A stretch of DNA of 64,000 nt from an uncultured Planctomycetota bacterium (GTDB lineage: Bacteria; Planctomycetota; PLA2; JAEUHO01), in contig CAVVXN010000001.1 in assembly GCA_963752285.1 (NCBI GenBank), positions 256,001 through 320,000 of the forward strand, given 5' to 3'. Shown here piece after piece: positions 10,147-19,700 of the stretch. The position numbers and the translations under genes are program-made. Below the pieces are notes generated by a model. It was not told the origin of the DNA. It did not search any database and saw only the letters and a list, made by a program, of their open reading frames with translations. Within the stretch, counting starts at the first letter, position 1; every line of letters starts with the position of its first letter.

Positions 10147-10899
10147 ATGCAACGCCTCGCGCTCTGGATCTCGGCGATCGTCCTCTTCTCGCTCGCCGTC
10201 CCGCGGGCCGCCTCGGCAGCCGACCCGCAAGAGGCGCTCGATCTCGCCGCGAAGATCGACGCGATCCAGAAGGGGGGCGAGGGGAACCTCGCCGAGGAGG
10301 TCGGGAAGGTCCCCGAGGTCTACAAGGGCGTCGAGGACAAGTCCGCGCGGGGGAAGCTCGTGGACGCGCTGGGCTCCGTCGCGAAGGACAAGGACGCGGC
10401 GGCGGACGCGCGCCTCGCCGCGGTGAACGCGCTGGTGGCGATCGAGGACCCGGACCCGGCGTGGCGGGAGATCTCCCGGCTGATGCCCAACGTCAAGGTC
10501 GAGGAGGCCACGGACCTCGACGTCGCGGTCGTGAAGGCCGCCGGCGACCTCGCGCAGTCGCACGCGATCAAGCCGCTCGAGGACCTGCTCGGCAAGGCGA
10601 AGGACAACAAGCTCTCGCACGAAGCCGCCGTCGCGCTGGGCGGGTTCGGCGCCGACAAGAAGAACCGGGTGAAGATCCTCGAGGACATGGTGGACCTCGG
10701 ACGGCGCATCCGGCCCGGCACCTCCACGACGAAGAGCGTCAGCAAGGAGGCCATGGACCGGTGGACGGCCGTCGGCGGCGGGATCGTCGAGGGCCTGAAC
10801 CGCTTGACCGGGGACAAGCTCGCGACCTTCGAGGACTGGGAAGCGAAGGTCAAGGAGCACAAGAAGAAGCTCCAGGACCTGTTCCCGAAGGAGAGCTGA
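10147..10899 (+). CDS. Exported HEAT-repeat-like helical protein
   Basis: Signal peptide; helical repeats ARLAAVNAL, AVVKAAGDL, EAAVALGGF; LNRLTG..W..W-type end. Confidence 0.65.
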   Translation: MQRLALWISAIVLFSLAVPRAASAADPQEALDLAAKIDAIQKGGEGNLAEEVGKVPEVYKGVEDKSARGKLVDALGSVAKDKDAAADARLAAVNALVAIEDPDPAWREISRLMPNVKVEEATDLDVAVVKAAGDLAQSHAIKPLEDLLGKAKDNKLSHEAAVALGGFGADKKNRVKILEDMVDLGRRIRPGTSTTKSVSKEAMDRWTAVGGGIVEGLNRLTGDKLATFEDWEAKVKEHKKKLQDLFPKES

Positions 10900-11032
10900 T
10901 CGGGCTCGTTCGGACCGCGGGGCGCCGTCCTCGCTCCGGCCGCGTCCCCGGCCCTCCGCCCGCTCTTTACCGCCTCTTTACGGAGCCGCGTCTCCGCGCG
11001 AGGATCCTCGCGTCCTTCGACGAGAGGAGCGG

Positions 11033-12217
11033 ATGGCCAAGTCCGTCGTGACCGTACGGGGCGGCGAGGCGGGGGAGGTGCCCTTCCTCCGCGGGATCCT
11101 CACGCGCTCTCTCCAGGAGGCGGGCCTCTCGTTCGACGACTCCTACCGGGTCGCCTCCGAGGTGAGGGACGAGCTCCGCGACGTGGACTCGGTCACGACG
11201 GACGAGCTCCGTCATCGCGTCCTCGACCACCTCGCGGCGTTCGGCGACGGCGCGGTCCGCCGCTACCGGGCGAAGCGGCAACCCGTCGCGCAGGTCCTCG
11301 TCCGGTTCTCGGATGGCCAGGCCATCCCCTTCTCGCGCGGGCGGCTGCGTCTCGAGCTCGCGCGGTGCGGGCTCTCGGTCTCGGTGTCCTCCTCCGTGGC
11401 CGAGGACCTCTACGCCGAGCTCGTGAGGCGGGCCGTCGGCGAGATCGCCCACCCGGAGCTCGTGGGCCTCCTCTACCGGCGGCTCGGCGAGGTCGCGGGC
11501 TCGGTCGCCGCGCACCGCTATCTCGTGTGGGAGGAGTTCCACAAGAGCGACCGCCCCCTCGTGATCCTGATCGGCGGCACGGCGGGCACGGGCAAGAGCA
11601 CGCTGTCGGCGCTGCTGGCGCACGAGCTCGAGATCGTCCGCACGCAGTCCACCGACATGTTGCGCGAGGTGATGCGGATGATGGTCCCGGAGCGCCTGCT
11701 CCCGGTCCTGCACACGTCCTCGTTCCTCGCGTGGGAGGTCCTGCCGTTCCGGGAGTCCTCCGGCGCCACCTCCGCCGACCGGGTGGTCGAGGGCTACCTC
11801 ACCCAGTGCGAGCTCCTCTCGGTCGCCGCGGAGGCGGTGATCCAGCGGGCGACCGCGGAGCGCGTGTCCCTGATCCTCGAGGGCGTCCATGTGCTGCCCT
11901 CGTTCGCGACGCGCGTCCCTCCGGACGCGGACGCGATCGTGGTCCAGGCCATGATCGGCGTGCTCCACCCCGAGGAGCTGCGGCGCCGGATCCAGGGTCG
12001 CGGGCGGAAGGTCGCCGGCCGTCGCGCCCGACGGTACCTCAAGCACTTCGACGAGATCTGGCAGCTCCAATCGTTCCTCCTCTCGGAGGCGGACCGCGCG
12101 CACGTGCCGATCGTGGCGAACGACGACGTGGACCGCGCGCTGCCGGATCTGTCTCGCATCGTCGTGGACGAGCTCGCCCGGCACTTCTCGGGCACCCTCG
12201 AGGGCGCCGCGGGCTGA
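11033..12217 (+). CDS. 2-phosphoglycerate kinase-like P-loop kinase with two N-terminal ATP-cone-like domains
   Basis: VPFLRGILTRSL and IPFSRGRL (ATP-cone starts); ILIGGTAGTGKST, STDMLREVMR, LHTSSF, LILEGVH as in archaeal 2-PGK; RBS GAGGAG. Confidence 0.82.
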   Translation: MAKSVVTVRGGEAGEVPFLRGILTRSLQEAGLSFDDSYRVASEVRDELRDVDSVTTDELRHRVLDHLAAFGDGAVRRYRAKRQPVAQVLVRFSDGQAIPFSRGRLRLELARCGLSVSVSSSVAEDLYAELVRRAVGEIAHPELVGLLYRRLGEVAGSVAAHRYLVWEEFHKSDRPLVILIGGTAGTGKSTLSALLAHELEIVRTQSTDMLREVMRMMVPERLLPVLHTSSFLAWEVLPFRESSGATSADRVVEGYLTQCELLSVAAEAVIQRATAERVSLILEGVHVLPSFATRVPPDADAIVVQAMIGVLHPEELRRRIQGRGRKVAGRRARRYLKHFDEIWQLQSFLLSEADRAHVPIVANDDVDRALPDLSRIVVDELARHFSGTLEGAAG

Positions 12218-12282
12218 GACCCGTCCGGGGGCGCGGCGCGGGGCGGTATCCTCCCCCTCCGGATCCGCGAGGCGGGGTGGAC

Positions 12283-13161
12283 GTGACGACCGAGGCGAAG
12301 CCGACCGAACCGACCGAGCCGAGCGAGCCGAGCGAGCCGGAGGTGGCGCTCGACCAGCCGCCCCCGATCGAGGGCGACGGGATCGGCGGGCACGTGACCG
12401 ACTTCGACGGCGTCCCGCTGGTCGGGGTCCGGGTCGAGGTCGCGTCCGCGTCGGCCGGCGCGCTCGGCCGGCTGCCGGTCATGACGGACGGCGAGGGTCG
12501 GTTCCTGCTCGAGGGGCTCGAGGACGGGCGCTACGACCTCGCGTTCCGGCTCGGGACCGTACGAGGCCGCGCGCTCGGGGTCCCCGCCGGGAAGCTCGAC
12601 CTCGCGGTCCGGCTGGCGCGCCCCCAGGGGATCCTGGTCGTGGTGAAGACGGAGACGGGGTCCGACGCGCCCGCGATCGTCCACGTCGTCCTCGAGCGCG
12701 AGGCGGAGGGCGGGAGGAAGCGCGAGTACGTGGGCCGCCATCTCGAGGCACGGCTCCTCCTCTGGAGCCTCCGGCCCGGGACGTGGCGCGTGACGGTCTG
12801 GGGCGGCCCGTACCTCCCCGTCACGGCCACGGGGATCCGCGTCTACGACGGTCGTCCGGCGCCCGAGGTGGAGCTGCTCCTCGGCGCGCGCGGCGGCGCG
12901 GTCCACGGGCGCGTCGTCGATGCGACGGGCGCATCCGTCCCCGCGGCGTGGGTCGCGTGGCGGCGCCGGGACGGAGACGATCCCTGGCCGCGGCACCTCG
13001 CGAACGCCCAGGTGGACGACGAGGGCCGCTTCCTCGCGCAGGGGCTCCCCGCGGGCGCGTGGCGCTTCCTCGCGGGGACGCCGGCCGGTCCCCTCGGCGA
13101 GACGCTCGCCGAGGTGCCCGAGGGCGAGACGGTGGAGGTGGAGGTCCGCCTCCCGGCGTGA
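12283..13161 (+). CDS. Carboxypeptidase regulatory-like domain protein
   Basis: GHVTDFDGVPLVGVRV...TDGEGRFLLEGLEDGRY and GRVVDATG...DDEGRFLAQGLPAGAW repeats; N-terminal (P[T/S]E)n; start approximate. Confidence 0.75.
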   Translation: MTTEAKPTEPTEPSEPSEPEVALDQPPPIEGDGIGGHVTDFDGVPLVGVRVEVASASAGALGRLPVMTDGEGRFLLEGLEDGRYDLAFRLGTVRGRALGVPAGKLDLAVRLARPQGILVVVKTETGSDAPAIVHVVLEREAEGGRKREYVGRHLEARLLLWSLRPGTWRVTVWGGPYLPVTATGIRVYDGRPAPEVELLLGARGGAVHGRVVDATGASVPAAWVAWRRRDGDDPWPRHLANAQVDDEGRFLAQGLPAGAWRFLAGTPAGPLGETLAEVPEGETVEVEVRLPA

Positions 13162-13167
13162 TCCGCC

Positions 13168-13992
13168 TCAGGACGCGAGGCGTCCGACCGACTGGCGCGC
13201 GAGGAGACGAGCGCCCGCCGCCGGCGCGTCGAGCCGGCCACCCGCGGCGCCGACGACGAGGACGAAGGCCGAGCCCAGCTCGAACCAGCCGGCTTCCTCT
13301 CCGCGCCGCGCCCGGTGGTCCAGCTCGTACGTGCGCACGCGGGCCGTGCCGCCGCGGTTCGTGACGAGCGGGAGGAACGCGAGGCGGATCGAGCCCACGT
13401 CGAACGCACCCACCGCCACCCACGCGAACGGCGCGCCGGAGGGCAGACGACCGGACACGACGACGCGTTCGTTTCGGCAGAAGAGCCGAGGGATGGTTCG
13501 GGCGGCGCGCGGATGGACCGGCCAGAGGTCGCCGGGCACGTGACGGACGACGAGGACGTCGGCGTCGAAGGGCCAGTGGAATCGGTGGTAGTCGCCCGGC
13601 GCGAGGTACGTCGCGAGGTACGTCCCGCCCTGGAGGCGTCCCGCGAGGTCCGCGTCGCCGAGCAGGTCGGGGAGCGCGTAGGGGACGCCCTTCGTCTGGA
13701 GGACGAGCCCGTGTTCGACGCGGCCGGCCGCGTGCACCGACCCGTCGGCGGGCGCGGCGATCGCGGCAGGGTCCGCGGGGAGCGGCCGGGCGCCCGCCCT
13801 CAGGCGACGGGAGAAGAACGACACGAACGAGCCGTAGGGCGCGCCCTCGGCCTCGGCGAGGTCGCAGCCGTACGCCCGCGCGTACAGATGCACGGCGGCG
13901 CCCACGAGCGGGCGCGGCAGCTCGGCGCGGGCGAGCACGCCGACGAGGCGTGACACGGCGCGGCGCGGGAGCGCGCGGACGAGGGCGTCCAT
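13168..13992 (-). CDS. psd: Phosphatidylserine decarboxylase proenzyme
   Basis: FFSRRLRAGARP, APADG, YLAPGDYHRFHWP, LFCRNERV, VGAFDVGSI, GWFELGSA (LGS cleavage motif). Confidence 0.92.
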   Translation of the reverse strand: MDALVRALPRRAVSRLVGVLARAELPRPLVGAAVHLYARAYGCDLAEAEGAPYGSFVSFFSRRLRAGARPLPADPAAIAAPADGSVHAAGRVEHGLVLQTKGVPYALPDLLGDADLAGRLQGGTYLATYLAPGDYHRFHWPFDADVLVVRHVPGDLWPVHPRAARTIPRLFCRNERVVVSGRLPSGAPFAWVAVGAFDVGSIRLAFLPLVTNRGGTARVRTYELDHRARRGEEAGWFELGSAFVLVVGAAGGRLDAPAAGARLLARQSVGRLAS

Positions 13993-13997
13993 GGCGG

Positions 13998-14858
13998 TCA
14001 CGCGCGGGTTCGCGCCTCGATCCGCTCGCGGAGTCGGAGCCAGGTCGCCTCGCGCACGTCGATCGTGCCGTCGCCGACCCCGAGGGCCACGTCGGGCTTG
14101 TGGGCGCCATGGAAGTCGCTGCCGCCGGTCGGCACGAGGTCGAAGGCCTCCGCCAAGCGCGCGTACATCCGCCGGTGGTACGGCGTGTGGCTCGGGTGGT
14201 CCACCTCCAGCGCGTCGAGCCCCGCATCGACCAACCGGCGGAGGAGCGGCTCGTGGCCCGCGCGGTCGCCGAGCCGGAGCTGGCGCGGGTGCGCGAGGCC
14301 CGCCGCGCCCCCCGCGGCGACGATCGCGCGGATCGCCTCCTCGGGCCCGGGCATCTCGCCCACGACGTACGCGGGACGGTCGTCGCCGATCCAGCGGTCG
14401 AACGCCTCCTGCATCGTGGCGACGTAGCCTCGCGCGAGGAGCGCCGCGGCGAAGTGCGGCCGCGCGACGATCCGACCCCGCGCCTGGCGTTCGACCTCGG
14501 CCGCTTCGATGGGCATCCCGAGGTCGCCGAGGCGCGCCAGGATCCGTCTGTTTCGCGAAGTGCGGCCGCTCCGGATGCGATCGAAGAGCGCTTCGAGGCG
14601 CGGGTCTCCCTCGCGAAACCCCCAGCCGAGGACGTGGAGGCTCTTCCCGTCGAACGTGGTGCTGACCTCGGCGCCGGTCAGGATCTCGAGGTCGGACGAT
14701 CCCGCCGCGGCCCGCGCCTCGGCGAGGCCCTCCGTGGTGTCGTGGTCGGTGATCGCGAGGAGCACGAGGCCGGCCGCGCGCGCGCGGGCCACCACCTCGT
14801 CCGGCGTCTCCGTGCCGTCCGAGCGGCACGTGTGCACGTGGAGGTCGATTCGTCGCAT
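13998..14858 (-). CDS. PHP domain phosphoesterase (TrpH/YciV-like)
   Basis: IDLHVHTCRSDG, AITDHDT, GAEVST, HVLG, LAHP, TGGSDFHG. Confidence 0.92.
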   Translation of the reverse strand: MRRIDLHVHTCRSDGTETPDEVVARARAAGLVLLAITDHDTTEGLAEARAAAGSSDLEILTGAEVSTTFDGKSLHVLGWGFREGDPRLEALFDRIRSGRTSRNRRILARLGDLGMPIEAAEVERQARGRIVARPHFAAALLARGYVATMQEAFDRWIGDDRPAYVVGEMPGPEEAIRAIVAAGGAAGLAHPRQLRLGDRAGHEPLLRRLVDAGLDALEVDHPSHTPYHRRMYARLAEAFDLVPTGGSDFHGAHKPDVALGVGDGTIDVREATWLRLRERIEARTRA

Positions 14859-14889
14859 CGAGGCCGCGAGACTACCCGGACCCTCGACC

Positions 14890-16599
14890 TCACCCGCTCC
14901 CGCGCACGAAGAACACGACGCGGATCCCCCACGGGAAGGGGATCGGGCCGATCTGCTGGAACCGCGAGATGCCCTCCTCGAACCAGAGCCGGGTCAGGGC
15001 CGAGCGGAGCGTCCCGATCCAGTGGTCCGGGTCCGGGTGGGTCTCCTCGTGCGCCAGGACCAGGACCACCCGGTCGCGGTGGGCGAGCGTCTCGCGGAAC
15101 CGCGACAGCGTCTCGGCGGCGTCCAGCGCGTCGCCCGGGAGGGGAAGGACGTCGCGCGGACCTTCCGGGCCGGCGTCCCGACGCGCGTAGTAGTCCCAGA
15201 CCAGGTCGAGGTACCAGGCGTGGAGCGCCACGAGGTCGCCCGGCCGCGTTCGCGCGCGCACCAGCTCGTGCACCCCGCGCCACGGCTCGCGACCGTAGGG
15301 GTGCCCGTCCGTCCACGCCGTGATCTCCGCGTCCGGGTCGGCGACGTACCGCGCCGGGACCGGACGACCGTCGAGGGTCCCCGCCCGGCCCTCGGGCACG
15401 AGCACGGCGGTCGCGCCGACGTAGAAGACGGCGCTCGCCGCCGCGACCACGGCGAGTCCCGCGTGGCCCGCGAACGAGAGGAGGCGGGGAAGGGACGAGA
15501 CGCCGAGGACCGCGAGGAGCACGACCCAGGGCGCGACGAAGCCGAAGTAGCGCTCGTGGACCAGCGGGAAGAAGGGATACGCGAGGAGCACGCCGCCGAC
15601 CGGGACGCCGAGGGTCGCGCCCACGAACGAGGAAAGGCCCGGCCGGCGAAGCACCGCGACCACCCCGAGCGCCACGGGGAGGAGCCAGAGGACCACGCCG
15701 AAGGCCACGAAGGGCCAGGTCTCGGAGAGGAGGGCGCCGAGGCCCGCCGCGGCGCGCGCCGGGTCGGCCACGACGATCCCGGGGCCCACGCCGATGCGCC
15801 ACGCGACGTAGACGAGCGTCGAGAACGGCTCCCCCCGCAGATGTGCGATGCCGCCGAAGTGGCCGAGGAGGTACACGAACCACGGGACGAAGAGCACGCC
15901 CGAGAGCGCGACGGCCGCGAGGAACGGGCGCGCGTCGAGCCGGGATCCCGTCCGCCGCGCCCGGCGCGAGGCCAGGAGGGCGTGCAGCGCGTGCGCCCCG
16001 AGGATCCACACGGCGAAGTAGTGCGTGTAGAGGGCGAGGGTCGCGAGCGCGACGTACCCCACCAGCGCGCGGCGCCGCCCGCCGTCGAGCCACGCGAGGT
16101 AGAGCAGCGCGAGGCCCAACGCCTCCACGAGGAGGAGCGGGTACATCCGCGCCTCCTGCCCGTACTCGATGAACGAGCCGAGCACCGCCACGAGACCGGT
16201 GGTCCACGCCGCGACGCGTCGGCCCCGGCCGCCGTCCGGCGCGTCGGAGAAGCCGCCCCGGGCGGGGACGCGCCCGGGATCGAGCACCCGGAGCGTCACG
16301 CACCAGACCAGCCAGATCGCGAGGATCGAGAGCAGGGCGGCGGGGAACCGGAGGCTCGACTCCGAGTCCCCGAACGCGCGGACCCAGGCGCGTGTCACCA
16401 ACCACCAGACGGGCGGGTGGCTCGCCTCCGCCGTCACGGTGAGGCCCCACGTGGCCTTCGTGGCGTCGCTCCACGTCGCGCCCTCGTCGAGCCAGAGGGA
16501 CCACGCCCCGAGACCCGCCAGCCGGAGAAACGCGCCGGCCACGAACAGGTTCACCAGGAACCGCGGGGGCCGCAGGCCGGCGAGGGACGGCGATCGCAC
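14890..16599 (-). CDS. Membrane glycosyltransferase family 39 (PMT/ArnT-like, GT-C)
   Basis: SLWLDEG, HPPVW, SLRFPAAL, YGQEARMYPL, ALYTHYFA; many transmembrane segments; GTG start at 16599 with GGAGG upstream. Confidence 0.82.
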   Translation of the reverse strand: MRSPSLAGLRPPRFLVNLFVAGAFLRLAGLGAWSLWLDEGATWSDATKATWGLTVTAEASHPPVWWLVTRAWVRAFGDSESSLRFPAALLSILAIWLVWCVTLRVLDPGRVPARGGFSDAPDGGRGRRVAAWTTGLVAVLGSFIEYGQEARMYPLLLVEALGLALLYLAWLDGGRRRALVGYVALATLALYTHYFAVWILGAHALHALLASRRARRTGSRLDARPFLAAVALSGVLFVPWFVYLLGHFGGIAHLRGEPFSTLVYVAWRIGVGPGIVVADPARAAAGLGALLSETWPFVAFGVVLWLLPVALGVVAVLRRPGLSSFVGATLGVPVGGVLLAYPFFPLVHERYFGFVAPWVVLLAVLGVSSLPRLLSFAGHAGLAVVAAASAVFYVGATAVLVPEGRAGTLDGRPVPARYVADPDAEITAWTDGHPYGREPWRGVHELVRARTRPGDLVALHAWYLDLVWDYYARRDAGPEGPRDVLPLPGDALDAAETLSRFRETLAHRDRVVLVLAHEETHPDPDHWIGTLRSALTRLWFEEGISRFQQIGPIPFPWGIRVVFFVRGSG

Positions 16600-16789
16600 G
16601 GCGCGGATGGAACCACCTCCCCCTCTCCGTGTCCAAACCGGCCTGCCCCCGACCCGGCCCGCGTGGGCTTCGTTCCCTCGTTCGCTCCGCGAGGCCGCGG
16701 CGCGGCGCGCGTACGCTGGACCTCGCGCGGACCGGAGGACCCCTCGGGGGGACCCCTCGACTCGGACCGCCTCGACCCGGGAGTGGACC

Positions 16790-19700
16790 ATGCTGAGCTT
16801 CGCGTCCCGCCGTTCGATCCTCTTCCTCGCCCTCCTCGTGGCTCTCGGCGCGGCGATCCCGGCCGCGGCCGACGAGCCCGCCCAGCGGAAGGAGGAGCTC
16901 CGCCGCGCGGAGGAGCCGCTCCGCGCGCGGCAGTGGGGCGACGCGGTCGAGGCCCTCGACGCCTTCCGGAAGGCGCACCCCGACTCGGAGGAGGCGGTCG
17001 AGGCCTGGGTGCTCGAGGCGCGCGCGCTCCTCGAGGCGGGCGCCGCCCAGAAGGCCCTCGACGAGACGAGCGGCTTCCTGGCCGCGCACGGGGAGGTCGC
17101 GTGGGCGGGGCGCATGCGGTCCACCGCGGCGGACGCGTACGCGCGGCTGAAGCGGCCGAAGGAGTCGGCCGAGACGCTTCGCGAGCGCGTGGAGGCCACG
17201 ACGTCGGAGGAGGCGCGCGCGAAGATCGGCGCGCTCCACCTGGAGCTCGCCGACCACGACTACGACGGCGTCGAGACGACGGACGACCTCGGCCAGAAGG
17301 TCGTGAAGAAGGACCTGGCGCGGGCCCTCGTGTCGTACCGGCACGCGATCGAGGTCGGGCTTCCCGCCGATCAGGCGCTCCGCGCGCGGGAACGCATCGC
17401 GCTCTGCCTCGAGGGGACGGGGCACGCGGACCAGGCGGTAGCGGTCTGGGACGGGCTCCTCGACGAGGCCGAGAAGGGGACGATCCAGGCCTCGCCCGAG
17501 ACGCGCGAGCGCTGGCTCGTCGGGCGCGGCCGGGCCCGCCTCGGCGCCGGTGACCTCGATGGCGCGCGGAAGGACCTCCGCGAGGCGCTCGACGCGGGGT
17601 CGGGGAAGCTCGACCCGAAGAGCGGCCTCCACATGGAGATCCTCCTGCTCCTCGGGCAGGAGCGGTTGAAGTCGGCCGCGGCGCACGGCGACGACGTCGC
17701 GTTCGAGGAGGGCGTCACGTGGCTCCGCCGCGCGATCCTCGAGCACAAGGACGATCCGCGCGCGGCGGGCGCGCAGAAGGACCTCGCCCAGTCGTACGAG
17801 TCGCGCGGTCAGTCCGAGAAGTCCGCCGCCGAGTGGGCGGCGTTCGTCGAGCGCTTCCCGAACGACCCCTTCGTGCCCGAGGCGCGCGACCGGCAGGCCC
17901 AGGCGTTGCTCCAGGCCGGGCGTTTCGACGAGGCGATCGCGGCCTGGGAGCGTTTCCTCTCGGCGCACCCGAACCACCCCCTCTGGCCCGCGGTGCGCGA
18001 GAAGATCGTGACGGCCGCGTTCCAGAAGGGCCAGGGGCTCCAGGCGAGCGGCGACGTGGACGGCGCGACCGCCGCGTACTCGGGCTTCGCGGAGAAGTAC
18101 CCGACCGACGCGCGCGCCCCGGTGGCCCTGCTCCTCGCGGGCGACCTCCTGCGGGGCAAGAAGGACGTGGACGCGGCGCTCCAGGCCTGGCGCCAGGTCG
18201 TCGGTCGGTACGGACAGACGCCGCAGGCCGCCGACGCGAGGCTCCGGATCGCGCTCGCCCTCGAAGACGACCTCGCCCGGCTCGACGAGGCCGTGAAGGC
18301 GTACGAGGAGGTGGTGGCGAAGCACCCGAACTCGCAACAGGCCGTGCAGGCCCAGGCGCGTCTCGCCCGTCTCAAGGCGAAGTCCCTCGAGCTCCGCATG
18401 GAGCGCGTCGTCGGGACGAAGGAGAAGCCGGTCCTCCGCGTCACGACCCGCAACATCGCGTCGCTCGACGTGCGCGTGTACCGACTCGACATGGAGGAGT
18501 ACTTCCGCCGCAAGGGCACGGTCCTCGGCGTGGAGGGGCTCCAGCTCGAGGTCGTCAAGCCCGACGTGACCGCCGCGTGGGGTGTCGAGGGCTACCACCC
18601 GTTCTCGCTCTACCAGGCCGACCGCGAGGTCCCGGTGAAGGAGGCCGGGGCGTACGTGGTGGTCGCCGGCGACGCCGACCTGACCGCGACGGTCCTCTTC
18701 GTCGTGAGCGACATCGAGATCGTCGCGAAGCGCGCGGCCGGGAGCGACCTGCTCGTGTGGGCGTTCGACCGGCAGGACCAGGCGCCGGTGACGAAGGCCC
18801 GCGTGCTCGTGGCGCAGGACGGCAAGGTCATCGAGGCCGGGACGACCGGAGAGGACGGCGTCTACCACGGATCGCGCGGGGACCGCGCCTCGCACGTCCT
18901 CGTGCTGTCGGACCACGGTCTGGCCGCCACGGGCCTCGACGACGGTCCGGCCGTGGCCGCGGGGTTCCAGAGCAAGGCGTACGTCTACACCGACCGACCC
19001 ATCTACCGGCCGGGTCAGCACGTCGATTGGCGCGCGGTGTTCCTGGAGGCGGGGGGGGGCGCCTACGCGCCGCCGAGGGCGCGGAAGGGCCAGGTCTCGG
19101 TGCGCGACGCGCGCGGGCAGACGCTCTTCGAGGACGAGGTCACCTCGAGCGCGTTCGGGGCGTTCGCCGGCGGTTTCGACCTCGACGAGGCGTCGCCGCT
19201 GGGCACCTGGCACGTCCAGATCCAGGTCCCGAACCAGGGCGCGTGGGACGGGGCGTTCGAGGTGCAGTCGTTCCGCAAGCCGGAGCTCACCGTCTCGCTC
19301 CATCCCAAGCGCGCGGTCGTGCTGACCGGCGAGAAGGTCGAAGCGGTGGCGGAGGTGCGCTACGCGTTCGGCGGTCCGGTCGCCGACGCGCCGTTGCGCT
19401 ACGAGGCGTTCCGGCAGCCCCAGGACTTCCAGCCCTCCGCCGCCGAGGACTACGGGTGGTACTTCCAGGACGACCGCCATCCGGAGGAGACACGGCGCGG
19501 GGCGGGCGGGGGCACCCTGATCGCGCGCGGCGAGGTCCGGACCGACGCCGACGGCAACGCCCTGCTCTCGTTCGACACGGCCGAGCGCGACGAGGACGCG
19601 ATGGTCGTGATCCGGGTCGCCGTGCAGGACGTCACGCGGCGCTGGATCGCCGACGAGGGCCGCATCCCGGTCACGCGGCGCGACCACATGGCCGTCGTGA

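Noticed and set aside
5464..10860. Very long antisense or alternate-frame ORFs (e.g. 5464..10860, 14678..20881, 20827..25044, 29326..34716, 29439..34319, 52868..56503)
   Set aside because: They are shadow frames of real genes in very GC-rich DNA: Arg/Gly/Pro-rich, with no recognisable motifs.
12301..12342. 9-bp repeat CCGA(C/G)CGA(A/G)
   Set aside because: Short degenerate coding repeat (PTE/PSE linker) with no independent significance.
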